Assembly: GCA_963741535.1 (NCBI GenBank)
Contig: CAVUIP010000009.1
Span: 51,457 to 115,456 of the forward strand
Direction of reading: 5' to 3'
Source of the DNA: an uncultured Chitinophagaceae bacterium
GTDB taxonomy: Bacteria > Bacteroidota > Bacteroidia > Chitinophagales > Chitinophagaceae
DNA: 64,000 nt
Shown: positions 10,711 through 20,433 of the stretch, one piece after another
How positions within the stretch are numbered: the first letter of the stretch is position 1
Layout of the letters: the number at the start of each line of letters is the position of its first letter
Program-made: the position numbers and the translations under genes
The notes under the pieces: model-generated
The model's input: only the letters and a program-made list of their open reading frames with translations
Databases searched by the model: none
What the model was told of the DNA's origin: nothing

Positions 10711-11964
10711 ATGCAAACCTTAGCTCCAGTTAAAACAAACGAAAGAGAAATTTTTATGGATGTGCTGCGTGGCTTTGCCATACTCGGTATTTTTATTGCC
10801 AACCTGGGCAGTGGCTTTACCTGGTACAGCGAAAGTGCACACCTAACAGGCCCAATGCTGCTGCCCGAATTAGATCATAAAGTAAAGTACCTGCACCAAA
10901 TGTTTATTGAAGGAAAATTTTATTCCATCTTTAGTTTATTGTTTGGCTGGGGTATTGCTTTGCAGGTAAAAAGAGGTATTGCAAAAGGTGTTGATGCTGT
11001 ACCAACCATAAAAAGAAGATTGGTATTTATGCTGTTGCTGGGTGCCATTCATTTACTAATATGGCCCGGCGATATTGTTTTTTTTTATGCCCTGTTAGGT
11101 TTTTTATTATTGCCTTTTAGAAAATTATCAAACAAAACATTATTAATAACAGGCGCTGTTTTTCTTTTACTGCCTTTACTTTTGTACGCTGCAAAAATGC
11201 AGTGGCCAATGTTAAATGCACCGGCCGGAATTTTATTTGATACAGGTGGCGCTGTTGATCATGCATTAAACAATACCAACTCCGAAGAAGATTTTAAAAA
11301 TTTATTGCGCCATGGTAACTGGTGGGATGTTTTTAAAGGGCATGTAGCCGGGTTCTTTTTTCGCTACGGATATTTAATTTTTGTAAGCCGCATACCAAAA
11401 GTACTGGGCATGTTTTTAATTGGCTATGTTGTTGGCCGGTCTGATTTTTATAAAAACATTATACAGCATAAAAAAATATTGTACGCTGTTATTGCTGTTG
11501 GCTTTGTTGTTGGCCTGCCTGCAAATTATTATTTAGCTTATTATATGTCCTGGCACGAAGGCGATTATTTTAATTTAAAAACAAATGGCTTTTATCAAAC
11601 TGTTGCTTATGCATTGGGTGTGGTACCATTGGCAATGGCTTATGTAGCGTTGTTAATGTTAGGTTTTCAAACTGCCGCCGGTAAAAAAATATTATCTGTA
11701 TTTGCACCGGTAGGCAAAATGGCTTTTAGCAATTATATCATGCAATCACTAATTGGCAACTTTGTTTTTTTAGGTGCCGGTTTAGGTTATTTAGAAATAG
11801 TTGGGCCGTTTTATTATACTCTTTTTGGTATAGCGGTATTTATTGTGCAAATAATTTTAAGTACTACTTGGCTAAAATATTTTAACTACGGCCCGGTAGA
11901 ATGGTTATGGCGAAGTGCTACGTATAAAAAGTGGCAGGCAATGAAAAAAAATCAAACAACATAA
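10711..11964 (+). CDS. DUF418 (YeiB-like) membrane protein
   Basis: DVLRGFAILGI, KFYSIFSLLFG, GKMAFSNYI.QS, GPVEWLWR. Confidence 0.9.
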   Translation: MQTLAPVKTNEREIFMDVLRGFAILGIFIANLGSGFTWYSESAHLTGPMLLPELDHKVKYLHQMFIEGKFYSIFSLLFGWGIALQVKRGIAKGVDAVPTIKRRLVFMLLLGAIHLLIWPGDIVFFYALLGFLLLPFRKLSNKTLLITGAVFLLLPLLLYAAKMQWPMLNAPAGILFDTGGAVDHALNNTNSEEDFKNLLRHGNWWDVFKGHVAGFFFRYGYLIFVSRIPKVLGMFLIGYVVGRSDFYKNIIQHKKILYAVIAVGFVVGLPANYYLAYYMSWHEGDYFNLKTNGFYQTVAYALGVVPLAMAYVALLMLGFQTAAGKKILSVFAPVGKMAFSNYIMQSLIGNFVFLGAGLGYLEIVGPFYYTLFGIAVFIVQIILSTTWLKYFNYGPVEWLWRSATYKKWQAMKKNQTT

Positions 11965-11993
11965 ATCATCAATCTTTAAACTTATTATTTATT

Positions 11994-13319
11994 ATGAAAA
12001 GAATTATCCTGCTTCTTTTATTACCATTGGCAATAACTGCTCAAAAAAATTATCCAAAATTGCTTGATGAATATGCACAGGCAGAATTTAAAGTAAAAGA
12101 ATTTAATGGCACTGTGCTGGTAATGCAAAAAGGAAAAGCCATTTACAAAAAAGCATTTGGCATGGCCGACAGGGAGTGGAATGTTGCCAACACAGTTAAC
12201 ACAAAATTCCGCATTGGCTCTGTTACCAAACAATTTACTGCGGCATGTATTCTGCAACTGGCGGAGCAGGGCAAACTAAACACCGATGATAAACTCAGTA
12301 AATACATTGCTGATTATCCTAAAGGCGACAGCATTACTGTACACATGCTGCTTAATCATACATCGGGTATTACCAACTATACCAACCTGCCCGAGTTTTG
12401 GCCAAAAGCAATATTGCCGCTTACAACCGATTCGATGATTGCACTGTTTAAAAATAAACCGCTTGATTTTTCTCCCGGCACAAAATGGAACTACAGCAAC
12501 TCGGGTTATTTTTTATTGGGAGTAATTGTTGAAAAAGCATCCGGCAAAACATTCAATAACTATTTACTGGAAAACATCATTAAAAAAATGGGGTTAAAAA
12601 ATACATTGATGGATAATCTTGATTCTGTTTTGGCTTTCCGTGCAAAAGGCTATAGCAAAAACGATGCAGGATGTTTGGCAGCATGCTATGCAAATTTCAA
12701 TGGAAGGCCCGTACAGTGCAGGTGCCATGGTATCTACTGTTGATGATTTATATTTTTGGACAAAAGCATTGCATAATAACCAGGTAATTTCTGCAGCATC
12801 AAAACAAAAAATGCTAACGCCTTATAAAGAAAATTATGGTTATGGTATTGGTATCGACAGTTTAAAAACACACAAACGGGTATCGCACAATGGCGGCATA
12901 CCGGGTTTTGCATCTTACCTCGGTTATTTTCCTGATGATGATATTTGTGTTGTGGTTATTTCAAACAACGGATCAAATTCAACCGCATTGGGTATTGCAT
13001 TATCATCAATAATGTTTAACCTGCCGGTACAAATACCTTACACACCAAAAGAAATAAAAATAGATACGGCCATACTTAGATAATTATGTGGGTAAATATA
13101 TTGCCACCGGCCCTATTGAACTTAATTAAAAAAGAAGGCAAATTATACCGCCACCGGGATGGCGCACCCGATATTGAATTAAAGCCCGAATCGAAAACCC
13201 GTTTCTTTTATGCCGATAAATCGGGCCGCTTTATTGAATTTGAAATTGATAAAACAGGAAAGATGATAAAAGCATGGTTTATTGGTAACGGCGAAAAAAT
13301 TGAAATGAAAAAACAATAA
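11994..13319 (+). CDS. Serine hydrolase with DUF3471-like tail, several frameshifts
   Basis: SVTK, YSN, HNGG motifs over three ORFs (breaks near 12670 and 13080-13115). Confidence 0.8.
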
Positions 13320-13325
13320 CTGAAG

Positions 13326-13409
13326 ATGAAACATCACATAACCAGGTTTATCATTTATGTAATTGTTGCCTTTGCTGCCGCATTTTTATACAGGTACCTG
13401 AAAAATTAA
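13326..13409 (+). CDS. 27-aa single-TM small protein (not in ORF track)
   Basis: MKHHITRFIIYVIVAFAAAFLYRYLKN; homologous to 15310-15420. Confidence 0.7.
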   Translation: MKHHITRFIIYVIVAFAAAFLYRYLKN

Positions 13410-13423
13410 ATTAGTACAAAAAC

Positions 13424-14365
13424 ATGAGTGAAGAAGAAAACATAAAACGGCAACAGGCAACAGACGACCCACCGGTCACTGAGGGTGAACAACAGCCAGA
13501 AGAAATAATTACTGCTGAAGAAACTATTGCAACTGCTGAAACATCAGACATCATAAATCAAACATCAGACATTAAAAATATGGAAGTACATCATCATGCC
13601 CACGACCCAGCGGCACCACATCACAAAAAAAACTGGAAATCTTATTTCTGGGAATTTTTAATGTTATTCCTGGCAGTGTCATTGGGAGCTTATGTAGAAA
13701 ACACCCGGGAAAGTATGCTGCATAAAAAAGAAATGAAGACACAGTTGAACTCGATGTTATCCGACCTTCAATCAGATATCAGTCTTTTTGATTCGGTAAC
13801 AATCCGCAATACTTATGGTGCACTGATGGCCGATTCACTGGTGGAGATGTTACACTCCGATATTACAAACACCACCGAGATTTATTTTGCCGCCAGAACT
13901 GTTACAGCCAATCTTGGGTATTACTATACCAATTCAAAGTCTTTTGAGCAGCTTAAGACTGCAGGACTGCTCCGTTATATAAAAAACAAAGAATTGCTGG
14001 ATAGTATCGGCTCCTATTATGCATCCTTTCAGTGGCTGGCCAATCAGATAGACCTGCTGCGTTTGAAAATGGATGAAATTCACAAAGGAAATACCCGGTT
14101 ATTTGACAGTTATGTTTTTCAGCAAATGACTACGAGTATAAAAATTATGGCTATTAGTGGTTTGGGTGGCCAAAGAACAACTATCAGCAAACCTTTGGTA
14201 AAGCCATTGCTGCTTTCTGCTGATGTAAAGGATATAAACACCGTATCGCTTAACTATCATTACTATTCCACTACCATTAAGTTTTATATACGTAATGCCA
14301 TTGCCCTTCAAAACCGGGCAAAGGGGCTTATTGAAATGATAAAAACAGAATATTCCCTAAAATAA
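13424..14365 (+). CDS. MEVHHH-motif membrane-anchored protein, paralog 1
   Basis: MEVHHH..KKNWKSYFWEFLMLFLAV, L..DL..D, QLK.AG.LR.I. Confidence 0.8.
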   Translation: MSEEENIKRQQATDDPPVTEGEQQPEEIITAEETIATAETSDIINQTSDIKNMEVHHHAHDPAAPHHKKNWKSYFWEFLMLFLAVSLGAYVENTRESMLHKKEMKTQLNSMLSDLQSDISLFDSVTIRNTYGALMADSLVEMLHSDITNTTEIYFAARTVTANLGYYYTNSKSFEQLKTAGLLRYIKNKELLDSIGSYYASFQWLANQIDLLRLKMDEIHKGNTRLFDSYVFQQMTTSIKIMAISGLGGQRTTISKPLVKPLLLSADVKDINTVSLNYHYYSTTIKFYIRNAIALQNRAKGLIEMIKTEYSLK

Positions 14366-14368
14366 ATC

Positions 14369-15284
14369 ATGGAAGAAAATAAAGCTATCAACAACGAGGA
14401 GGAAGCAAAGCCGCCAAACAATGAGCAACCGTTGAACAACCCTTCAACAGATGAAACTATTGTACCTGCTGAAACAACTGATGAAGCTGAACAACCACAA
14501 AACAACAAACCCCACACCACAAACCGAAGATATGGAAGTACATCATCACACTCACGCCGGCCACGGAAAGAAAAACTGGAAGTCTTACTTCTGGGAATTT
14601 TTAATGCTATTCCTCGCTGTGTTCTGCGGATTTTTGGCAGAGTATCAGTTGGAGCATAAAATTGAAAAGGACCGGGAGAAACAATATATGGCCTCCTTGT
14701 ACCAGGATTTAAAAACTGATACTTTAAACATGAGTAATTTACTAAAAGGTACAACGGAAGACATTGCCAATTATGATTCTCTGTTTGATACTTTTAAGAA
14801 CAAAAAGTATTTGCAAGAAACATCCAACACTTATTACTACGGTAGAAAAATAGTGACCGCAAGGCGTTTTTATGCTACTGACGGTACTATCACTCAACTG
14901 GAAAATTCAGGTGGTTTAAGACTTATAAGAAACAGGTCTGTTGTTGACAGTTTACAATCTTATAAACTGTCAATTTCATATTTAAAAACCATACAGGATT
15001 TTGAAAAAGAGCATTTTGATCTTGCAAGAAGCTTAATAGGAAAAATTTTTGATGCTAATGTGTTTGATATAATGATGGGTGACGGCAGCAATCCGGTTAG
15101 CAGACCAGATAAAAATTATCCACTGATGCCTTTTACTGCAGCTGATTTAAACGATTTTCATGTTCCAATGGGTTTTATCAAAAGAAATAAAATCACACAA
15201 ATCGTTTTTATTAAACGTTTACAAAAAAAAGCAGCTGAGTTAATGAAATTGCTCCAGGAAAAATATAAGATTGGCCAGGAATAA
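14369..15284 (+). CDS. MEVHHH-motif protein, paralog 2 (frameshift near 14500)
   Basis: Acidic N-terminus in one frame, MEVHHH core in the next. Confidence 0.75.
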
Positions 15285-15309
15285 AAAAGCAGAATACCTA
15301 AACTAAATT

Positions 15310-15420
15310 ATGGAAGAAAATAAAAACAAATCTGCAATCAAATCAAAAGCAATTCGGTTTTTAATTTATATAGTAATAGGCTTTGCAGTTGCATTTATTT
15401 ATCGTCAATTAAAAAGTTAG
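15310..15420 (+). CDS. 36-aa single-TM small protein (not in ORF track)
   Basis: MEENKNKSAIKSKAIRFLIYIVIGFAVAFIYRQLKS; stops 2 nt before the next ATG. Confidence 0.7.
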   Translation: MEENKNKSAIKSKAIRFLIYIVIGFAVAFIYRQLKS

Positions 15421-15422
15421 CA

Positions 15423-16290
15423 ATGGATGAAAATCAAAAAATAGAACCAACGCAAGCAACAGAAAATATTCCTGAAGAAATTATTTCTTCTGAAGAAAAT
15501 ATTTTATCCCAATCAGAAAAAATTGAAACAACAAAAACAGAAAACCAAAACCAAATGGAAGTACATCATCATGCCCACAACCCTGCAGCGCCACATCATA
15601 AAAAAAATTGGAAAGCATATTTCTGGGAGTTTTTAATGTTATTCCTTGCGGTGTTCTGTGGATTTTTTGCAGAGTACCAATTGGAGCATAAGATTGAGAA
15701 TGACAGAGGAAAACAATACACCTATTCTTTTTATGAAGACTTGATGACTGATTCAACTCATTTTAACGACCTTATTAGTAGGTTTCAGAAAAAGCTCAAT
15801 GTTTTGCAAAATATGTCGCCCTGTTACGACTCTCTATTAAATAATCGCCCCCAAAAAAGCTGTTTAACAGCTATTATAAGGAATTCCATAGATTTTCCAG
15901 ACTTGATAAATGCTGACCGTACCTTACAGCAACTGAAAAATTCAGGAGGGCTCCGCTTATTAAAAAAAGAAGATGCAGACAGTATTTTGTTGTATGACAA
16001 TCTGCTCCAGAAAATATAAAGCAGCTGAAACAAGTGGGTTCCAGGAAGTTCAAACGGAAGTAAGAAATACATTTTACTCTCTGGTTAATTATGAAGGTTG
16101 GAAAGATACGCTTACCTCTTCGACGGTTTTTACTTTACAGGATAACAACAAGCAATTGTTAAATCGGTATTTCAACCAGTTGAAAATGTATACGGGGTGG
16201 AGTCGGGCTAGAATGAAAGACTTACTAAATCTGAAAAAAAGAAATGCAGAACTGATAGCATATTTTAAAGCTAAATATCATTATGAATAA
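15423..16290 (+). CDS. MEVHHH-motif protein, paralog 3 (frameshift near 16010)
   Basis: Same motifs; C-terminus continues in the ORF ending at 16290. Confidence 0.75.
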
Positions 16291-16374
16291 ATAATACCTA
16301 CAGAAGTTTATATCAATTCACTAAATATTATTGTTTTTAGTGAATATAATCGCCAAAAATCAATAAACTGAATT

Positions 16375-17778
16375 ATGAAAAAAATAATAACCCTCCTTTG
16401 CTTTATTGCAGCTATGCAAACAGCCCTTGCACAAAGTAATAATACCGTAATTACAAAAGCCGAATTAGCAACCATTAAAAAACCCTTAGAGCGGTTTACT
16501 GCCACCATTAAATTTTTAGAAAATGCAGATACCGGAGAAGGCGATGTAATAGACAGCACCTTGTGTATTGACTTACAGAAAATGGCAACGCAGTTAAAAA
16601 ACGATAGTTTACTTGCCATAAGCTATAATTGGATATACGCCTATTTTAATGCAAAGGGAAGAACAAATGAAGCAATAGAGTACCTCTACAAAGCTTTGCC
16701 CTTAGCCGAAAAGTATAACGATAAAAGAAGAATTAGTTCTATTTATTTTGATTTGGCGAGTTCATATGGTGCTTTGGATAAAAAGACAGAGTCATACAAT
16801 TTTCTTAAAAAAGGCGGGGAAAATTTGCCAGATAAAACATCGCCAATGTACGATTATATGCTGGTACAATACCAACGAAGCATGGCTGGTATGTTTTTAG
16901 AAAAAAAGCAACTTGACTCTGCATTGTATTATGCACAACTCAGCAATCAAACAGCCGAAAGGTTAAATGTTAATTTATACAAGTTCCAATCATTAGGGGT
17001 ACTTGCAAGAGTATATGAAGCAAAAAAAGAACCTGAAATTGCCAATGTATATAGGCAAAAGAGGATGGCAGTAGCACAACTTTTTAAAGGCAATATAAGA
17101 AAATGTGAAGCCTACTTTACTTATGTTGGATACTTAATTAGAAAGGACAGCTTAAAAGAAGCCACAGTACTGGCAGATAAAATATGGTCTATAGCACAGC
17201 AAGAACAAAACCAGGGTTTAATATTAGGTGCCGCTACGACAAAAAGAATTTTGTACGATAAATTAAACAAAATGGATAGTGCTTTTTATTATGCCAAATT
17301 AGAAATAGAAACCAGAAAATTGGTTTTTGATGAGGAAAAATTATCTGGCATACAGGCTATGGGGCTTAAAGAGCAGTTGCGTAAAATGGATGAAGCTGCA
17401 ATAGAAGAAGCAGCAAAGCAGCAACGCAAACAAAATATTCAATACATAATTTTAGCCATTGGTATTGTAACATTTCTCATTCTTTTTTTCTTACTCAGCC
17501 GCAGCATAATAGTCAACGAAAAGTGGATTTCCTTCTTTGGCATTTTAGGTTTATTAATTGTGTTTGAATTTATCAACCTGCTCATACATCCTTTTTTAGA
17601 ACGGGTAACACATCACAACCCAATGTTGATGTTATTGGCATTGGTTGCATTGGCATCATTGCTTATTCCATTACACCACCGTGTAGAAAAATGGATAAAA
17701 GAAAAAATGACAGAGAAGAATAAAAAGATACGATTGGCGAGTGCCAAGAAGACTATTGAGGAGTTGGAAAAGAAATAA
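16375..17778 (+). CDS. TPR-like exported domain with C-terminal 3-TM module
   Basis: Signal peptide, helical repeats with LDSA motifs, RKQNIQY..FEFINLLIHPFLERVTHH..PLHH.VEKW. Confidence 0.8.
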   Translation: MKKIITLLCFIAAMQTALAQSNNTVITKAELATIKKPLERFTATIKFLENADTGEGDVIDSTLCIDLQKMATQLKNDSLLAISYNWIYAYFNAKGRTNEAIEYLYKALPLAEKYNDKRRISSIYFDLASSYGALDKKTESYNFLKKGGENLPDKTSPMYDYMLVQYQRSMAGMFLEKKQLDSALYYAQLSNQTAERLNVNLYKFQSLGVLARVYEAKKEPEIANVYRQKRMAVAQLFKGNIRKCEAYFTYVGYLIRKDSLKEATVLADKIWSIAQQEQNQGLILGAATTKRILYDKLNKMDSAFYYAKLEIETRKLVFDEEKLSGIQAMGLKEQLRKMDEAAIEEAAKQQRKQNIQYIILAIGIVTFLILFFLLSRSIIVNEKWISFFGILGLLIVFEFINLLIHPFLERVTHHNPMLMLLALVALASLLIPLHHRVEKWIKEKMTEKNKKIRLASAKKTIEELEKK

Positions 17779-17786
17779 TATCTTGT

Positions 17787-17810
17787 ATCGCATATTGCGA
17801 TTTGCAATAT
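17787..17810. promoter_or_regulatory. Overlapping palindromes, candidate autoregulatory operator
   Basis: ATCGCA-tat-TGCGAT and ATATTGC-gattt-GCAATAT just upstream of ATG 17829. Confidence 0.5.
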
Positions 17811-17828
17811 TTTACTTACTTTAGCAGT

Positions 17829-18353
17829 ATGAGAAAACATAATGGTATGCGGCCGCAGGATATTGTTATTCTGCTAAAAATAACAACATTCTCAAAAAAT
17901 GCAAACTGGAAGATGTTGGATTTGGTTAAGTCGTTACATATAAGCCAATCGGAAATATCTGAGTCATTAAACCGTAGCAGCCTAGCAGGTTTAATTGATT
18001 TTAGCAAAAAAAAGGTAATGAGGCTATCGCTTATGGAATTTTTGGAGTATGGTATTCATTACGTATTTCCTCAACATCCGGGGGCAATAGTAAGGGGTAT
18101 AGCCACTGCACACTCTCATCCATTTATGAAAGAGAAAATTATTAGTAGTGAAAACTATGTGTGGGCTGATGTGGATGGTAATATAAGAGGACAAGCAATA
18201 GAACCGCTATTAAATTCGGTGGTAAAGGCTGTAAAAGATGATGAAGAATTATATAAATTATTAGCAATGGTAGATGTAATAAGAGTGGGAAAAACAAGAG
18301 AATTGAAAATTGCTATTGCTGAATTAAAAAAGACTTTATTAAATGAGTCATAG
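17829..18353 (+). CDS. HTH protein, putative antitoxin of an AbiE-like pair
   Basis: RPQDIVILLKI, N-terminal HTH (LHISQSEISESLNR); overlaps the downstream NTase gene. Confidence 0.65.
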   Translation: MRKHNGMRPQDIVILLKITTFSKNANWKMLDLVKSLHISQSEISESLNRSSLAGLIDFSKKKVMRLSLMEFLEYGIHYVFPQHPGAIVRGIATAHSHPFMKEKIISSENYVWADVDGNIRGQAIEPLLNSVVKAVKDDEELYKLLAMVDVIRVGKTRELKIAIAELKKTLLNES

Positions 18354-19049
18354 CGTAAATATCACAAGAATAAAGGCAATAAGTAATGCACTTTCTAATT
18401 TACAAATACAAGTGGTTTTTGTTGGAGGTGCAACAGTTTCGTTATATGCTGATATAGATTTTAGAGAAGAAGCAAGACCAACCGATGATGTAGATGTTGT
18501 TGTAGAAATTGCTACTTACCAAAACTTTGCGGTTATTGAAAATAAACTAAGAGAACTTGGTTTTGAAAACGATAATCATTCAAAAGTAATTTGCAGATAT
18601 AAGTATCAGGGTCTGATTGTAGATATTATGTCAACCGACGAAAAGGTATTAGGCTTTAGCAATAAATGGTATGCAGATGGTTTTAAAAATGCAATAGATT
18701 TTGAAATTGATAAACAACATAAAGTAAAATATTTACAGCAGTTTATTTTATTGCAAGCAAATTAGAAGCCTTTAAAAGCCGGGGTAAAAACGATGGCAGG
18801 TTTAGTACCGATTTTGAGGATATTTTTTTTGTACTAAATACAAGAAATACCATTTGGCAAAATTTACAAGATGCACCTAAAGCAATAAATGAATATTTAA
18901 AAAATGAATTTACTCAACTGCTTGCACACCCATATATTGATGAATGGATAAGTGCTCATTTAAATTACAATGAACAACGCAGAGTAAATTTTATTATTGG
19001 CAGCCTTACCGAATTTGTAAATGATAAAAACCAACTAACTGATTTATGA
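18343..19049 (+). CDS. Nucleotidyltransferase, AbiEii-like putative toxin (frameshift near 18728)
   Basis: FVGGA, RPTDDVD; second frame gives KLEAFKSRG..DFEDI and ends in TGA overlapping the next ATG. Confidence 0.7.
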
Positions 19050-20425
19050 AAAAAATAATAACCCTCCTTTGTTTTATTGCAAGTATGCAAACTGCATTTG
19101 CACAAGCTAATAGAATTGATGTTAAACTGCAACAAATTGTTGAAGAAAAAAATTGGGAAACCAAATTTAAATTAGTTGTTGGTATAACTTCAGCAATAGA
19201 GGGTAATCCTAATTTAATGATTACTAAAGGGATAAAATTTTTACAACAATCTAAATCAAAAAGTAGCTTATTTGATGAGTTAATAGCCTATCATATTTTA
19301 AGTTACAGTTATCGTTTGGCTGGCAACAAAGTAAATGCACTCGACTATAATTTTAAGGGAATAGCGTTGGCTGAAAAATTAGGAATAGAATCTTTTTTAA
19401 TTATTCTATCTAATAATCTAGGCAACATATATAAAAACGCTGGAGAAAATGAACGGGCAATGGCTGCTTATTTTAAGGGAATTGAATACTCTAATAATGC
19501 AAAACTTGATACACTTAAAATTATGGTAGTTGCAAATCTTGGTTTCATTTATTTAGAAACTGATAAACTAGATTCAGCTTTAATATTCACTCAAAATGCG
19601 TATGAACTTAATTTGAAAAACGGGTCTAAAGTTATGGAACAGGACATTTTAAGACATTTTGGTACTATTCACAGCAAAATGGGCAATGAACTACTTGCAA
19701 AAAGCTATTTTGTAATGGCTATTAATGGACGTGGAGGCGGCCGTTCTTTAAGTTTGACTTATTTTGAATTTGCCGAACATTTTAACAGGTTCAATCAAAA
19801 AGATTCAAGTATTTTATATGCCAAAAAAGCCATTGAAGTAGTTAATAATAAGGCTACATTTTATTTGGGGATGCAACCAGCAAAACTTCTTTCCACGATA
19901 TACGAAGCAACAAATAGTGATAGTGCTTTAAAGTATATTAAATTGTATCAAATAGCCAACGATAGTATTTATAGTATGAAAGCAAACCAGCAGTTGCAAC
20001 AGCTTAGTTTTGCCGAAGATTTACGCCAACAAGAAGTTGCAGCAGAAAAAATAAAAGCCGAAGACCAACGCAAACAAAACATTCAATACGCTTTAATAGC
20101 CATCGGCATCATCTTTTTACTCACCCTTTATTTACTCCTAAGCCGCAGCTTTATTACCAATACAAAACTGATAGAGTTTTTTGGCGTAGTAGCTTTATTA
20201 ATTGTGTTTGAATTTTTAAATTTATTGCTGCATCCTTTTTTAGAAAGAGTAACACACCACTCACCAGTGTTAATGCTGCTGGCATTGGTTGCAATTGCAG
20301 CATTGCTTGTACCGCTGCATCACAAAGTAGAAAAATGGGCTACGGCTAAATTGGTGGAAAAGAATAAACAGATACGATTGGCAGCAGCGAAGAAAACGAT
20401 TGAGGAGTTGGAGAAAGGCAATTAA
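19046..20425 (+). CDS. TPR protein with C-terminal 3-TM module, paralog of 16375-17778
   Basis: Near-identical signal peptide and C-terminal module; NNLGNIY TPR motifs. Confidence 0.82.
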   Translation: MKKIITLLCFIASMQTAFAQANRIDVKLQQIVEEKNWETKFKLVVGITSAIEGNPNLMITKGIKFLQQSKSKSSLFDELIAYHILSYSYRLAGNKVNALDYNFKGIALAEKLGIESFLIILSNNLGNIYKNAGENERAMAAYFKGIEYSNNAKLDTLKIMVVANLGFIYLETDKLDSALIFTQNAYELNLKNGSKVMEQDILRHFGTIHSKMGNELLAKSYFVMAINGRGGGRSLSLTYFEFAEHFNRFNQKDSSILYAKKAIEVVNNKATFYLGMQPAKLLSTIYEATNSDSALKYIKLYQIANDSIYSMKANQQLQQLSFAEDLRQQEVAAEKIKAEDQRKQNIQYALIAIGIIFLLTLYLLLSRSFITNTKLIEFFGVVALLIVFEFLNLLLHPFLERVTHHSPVLMLLALVAIAALLVPLHHKVEKWATAKLVEKNKQIRLAAAKKTIEELEKGN

Positions 20426-20433
20426 TTATACAT

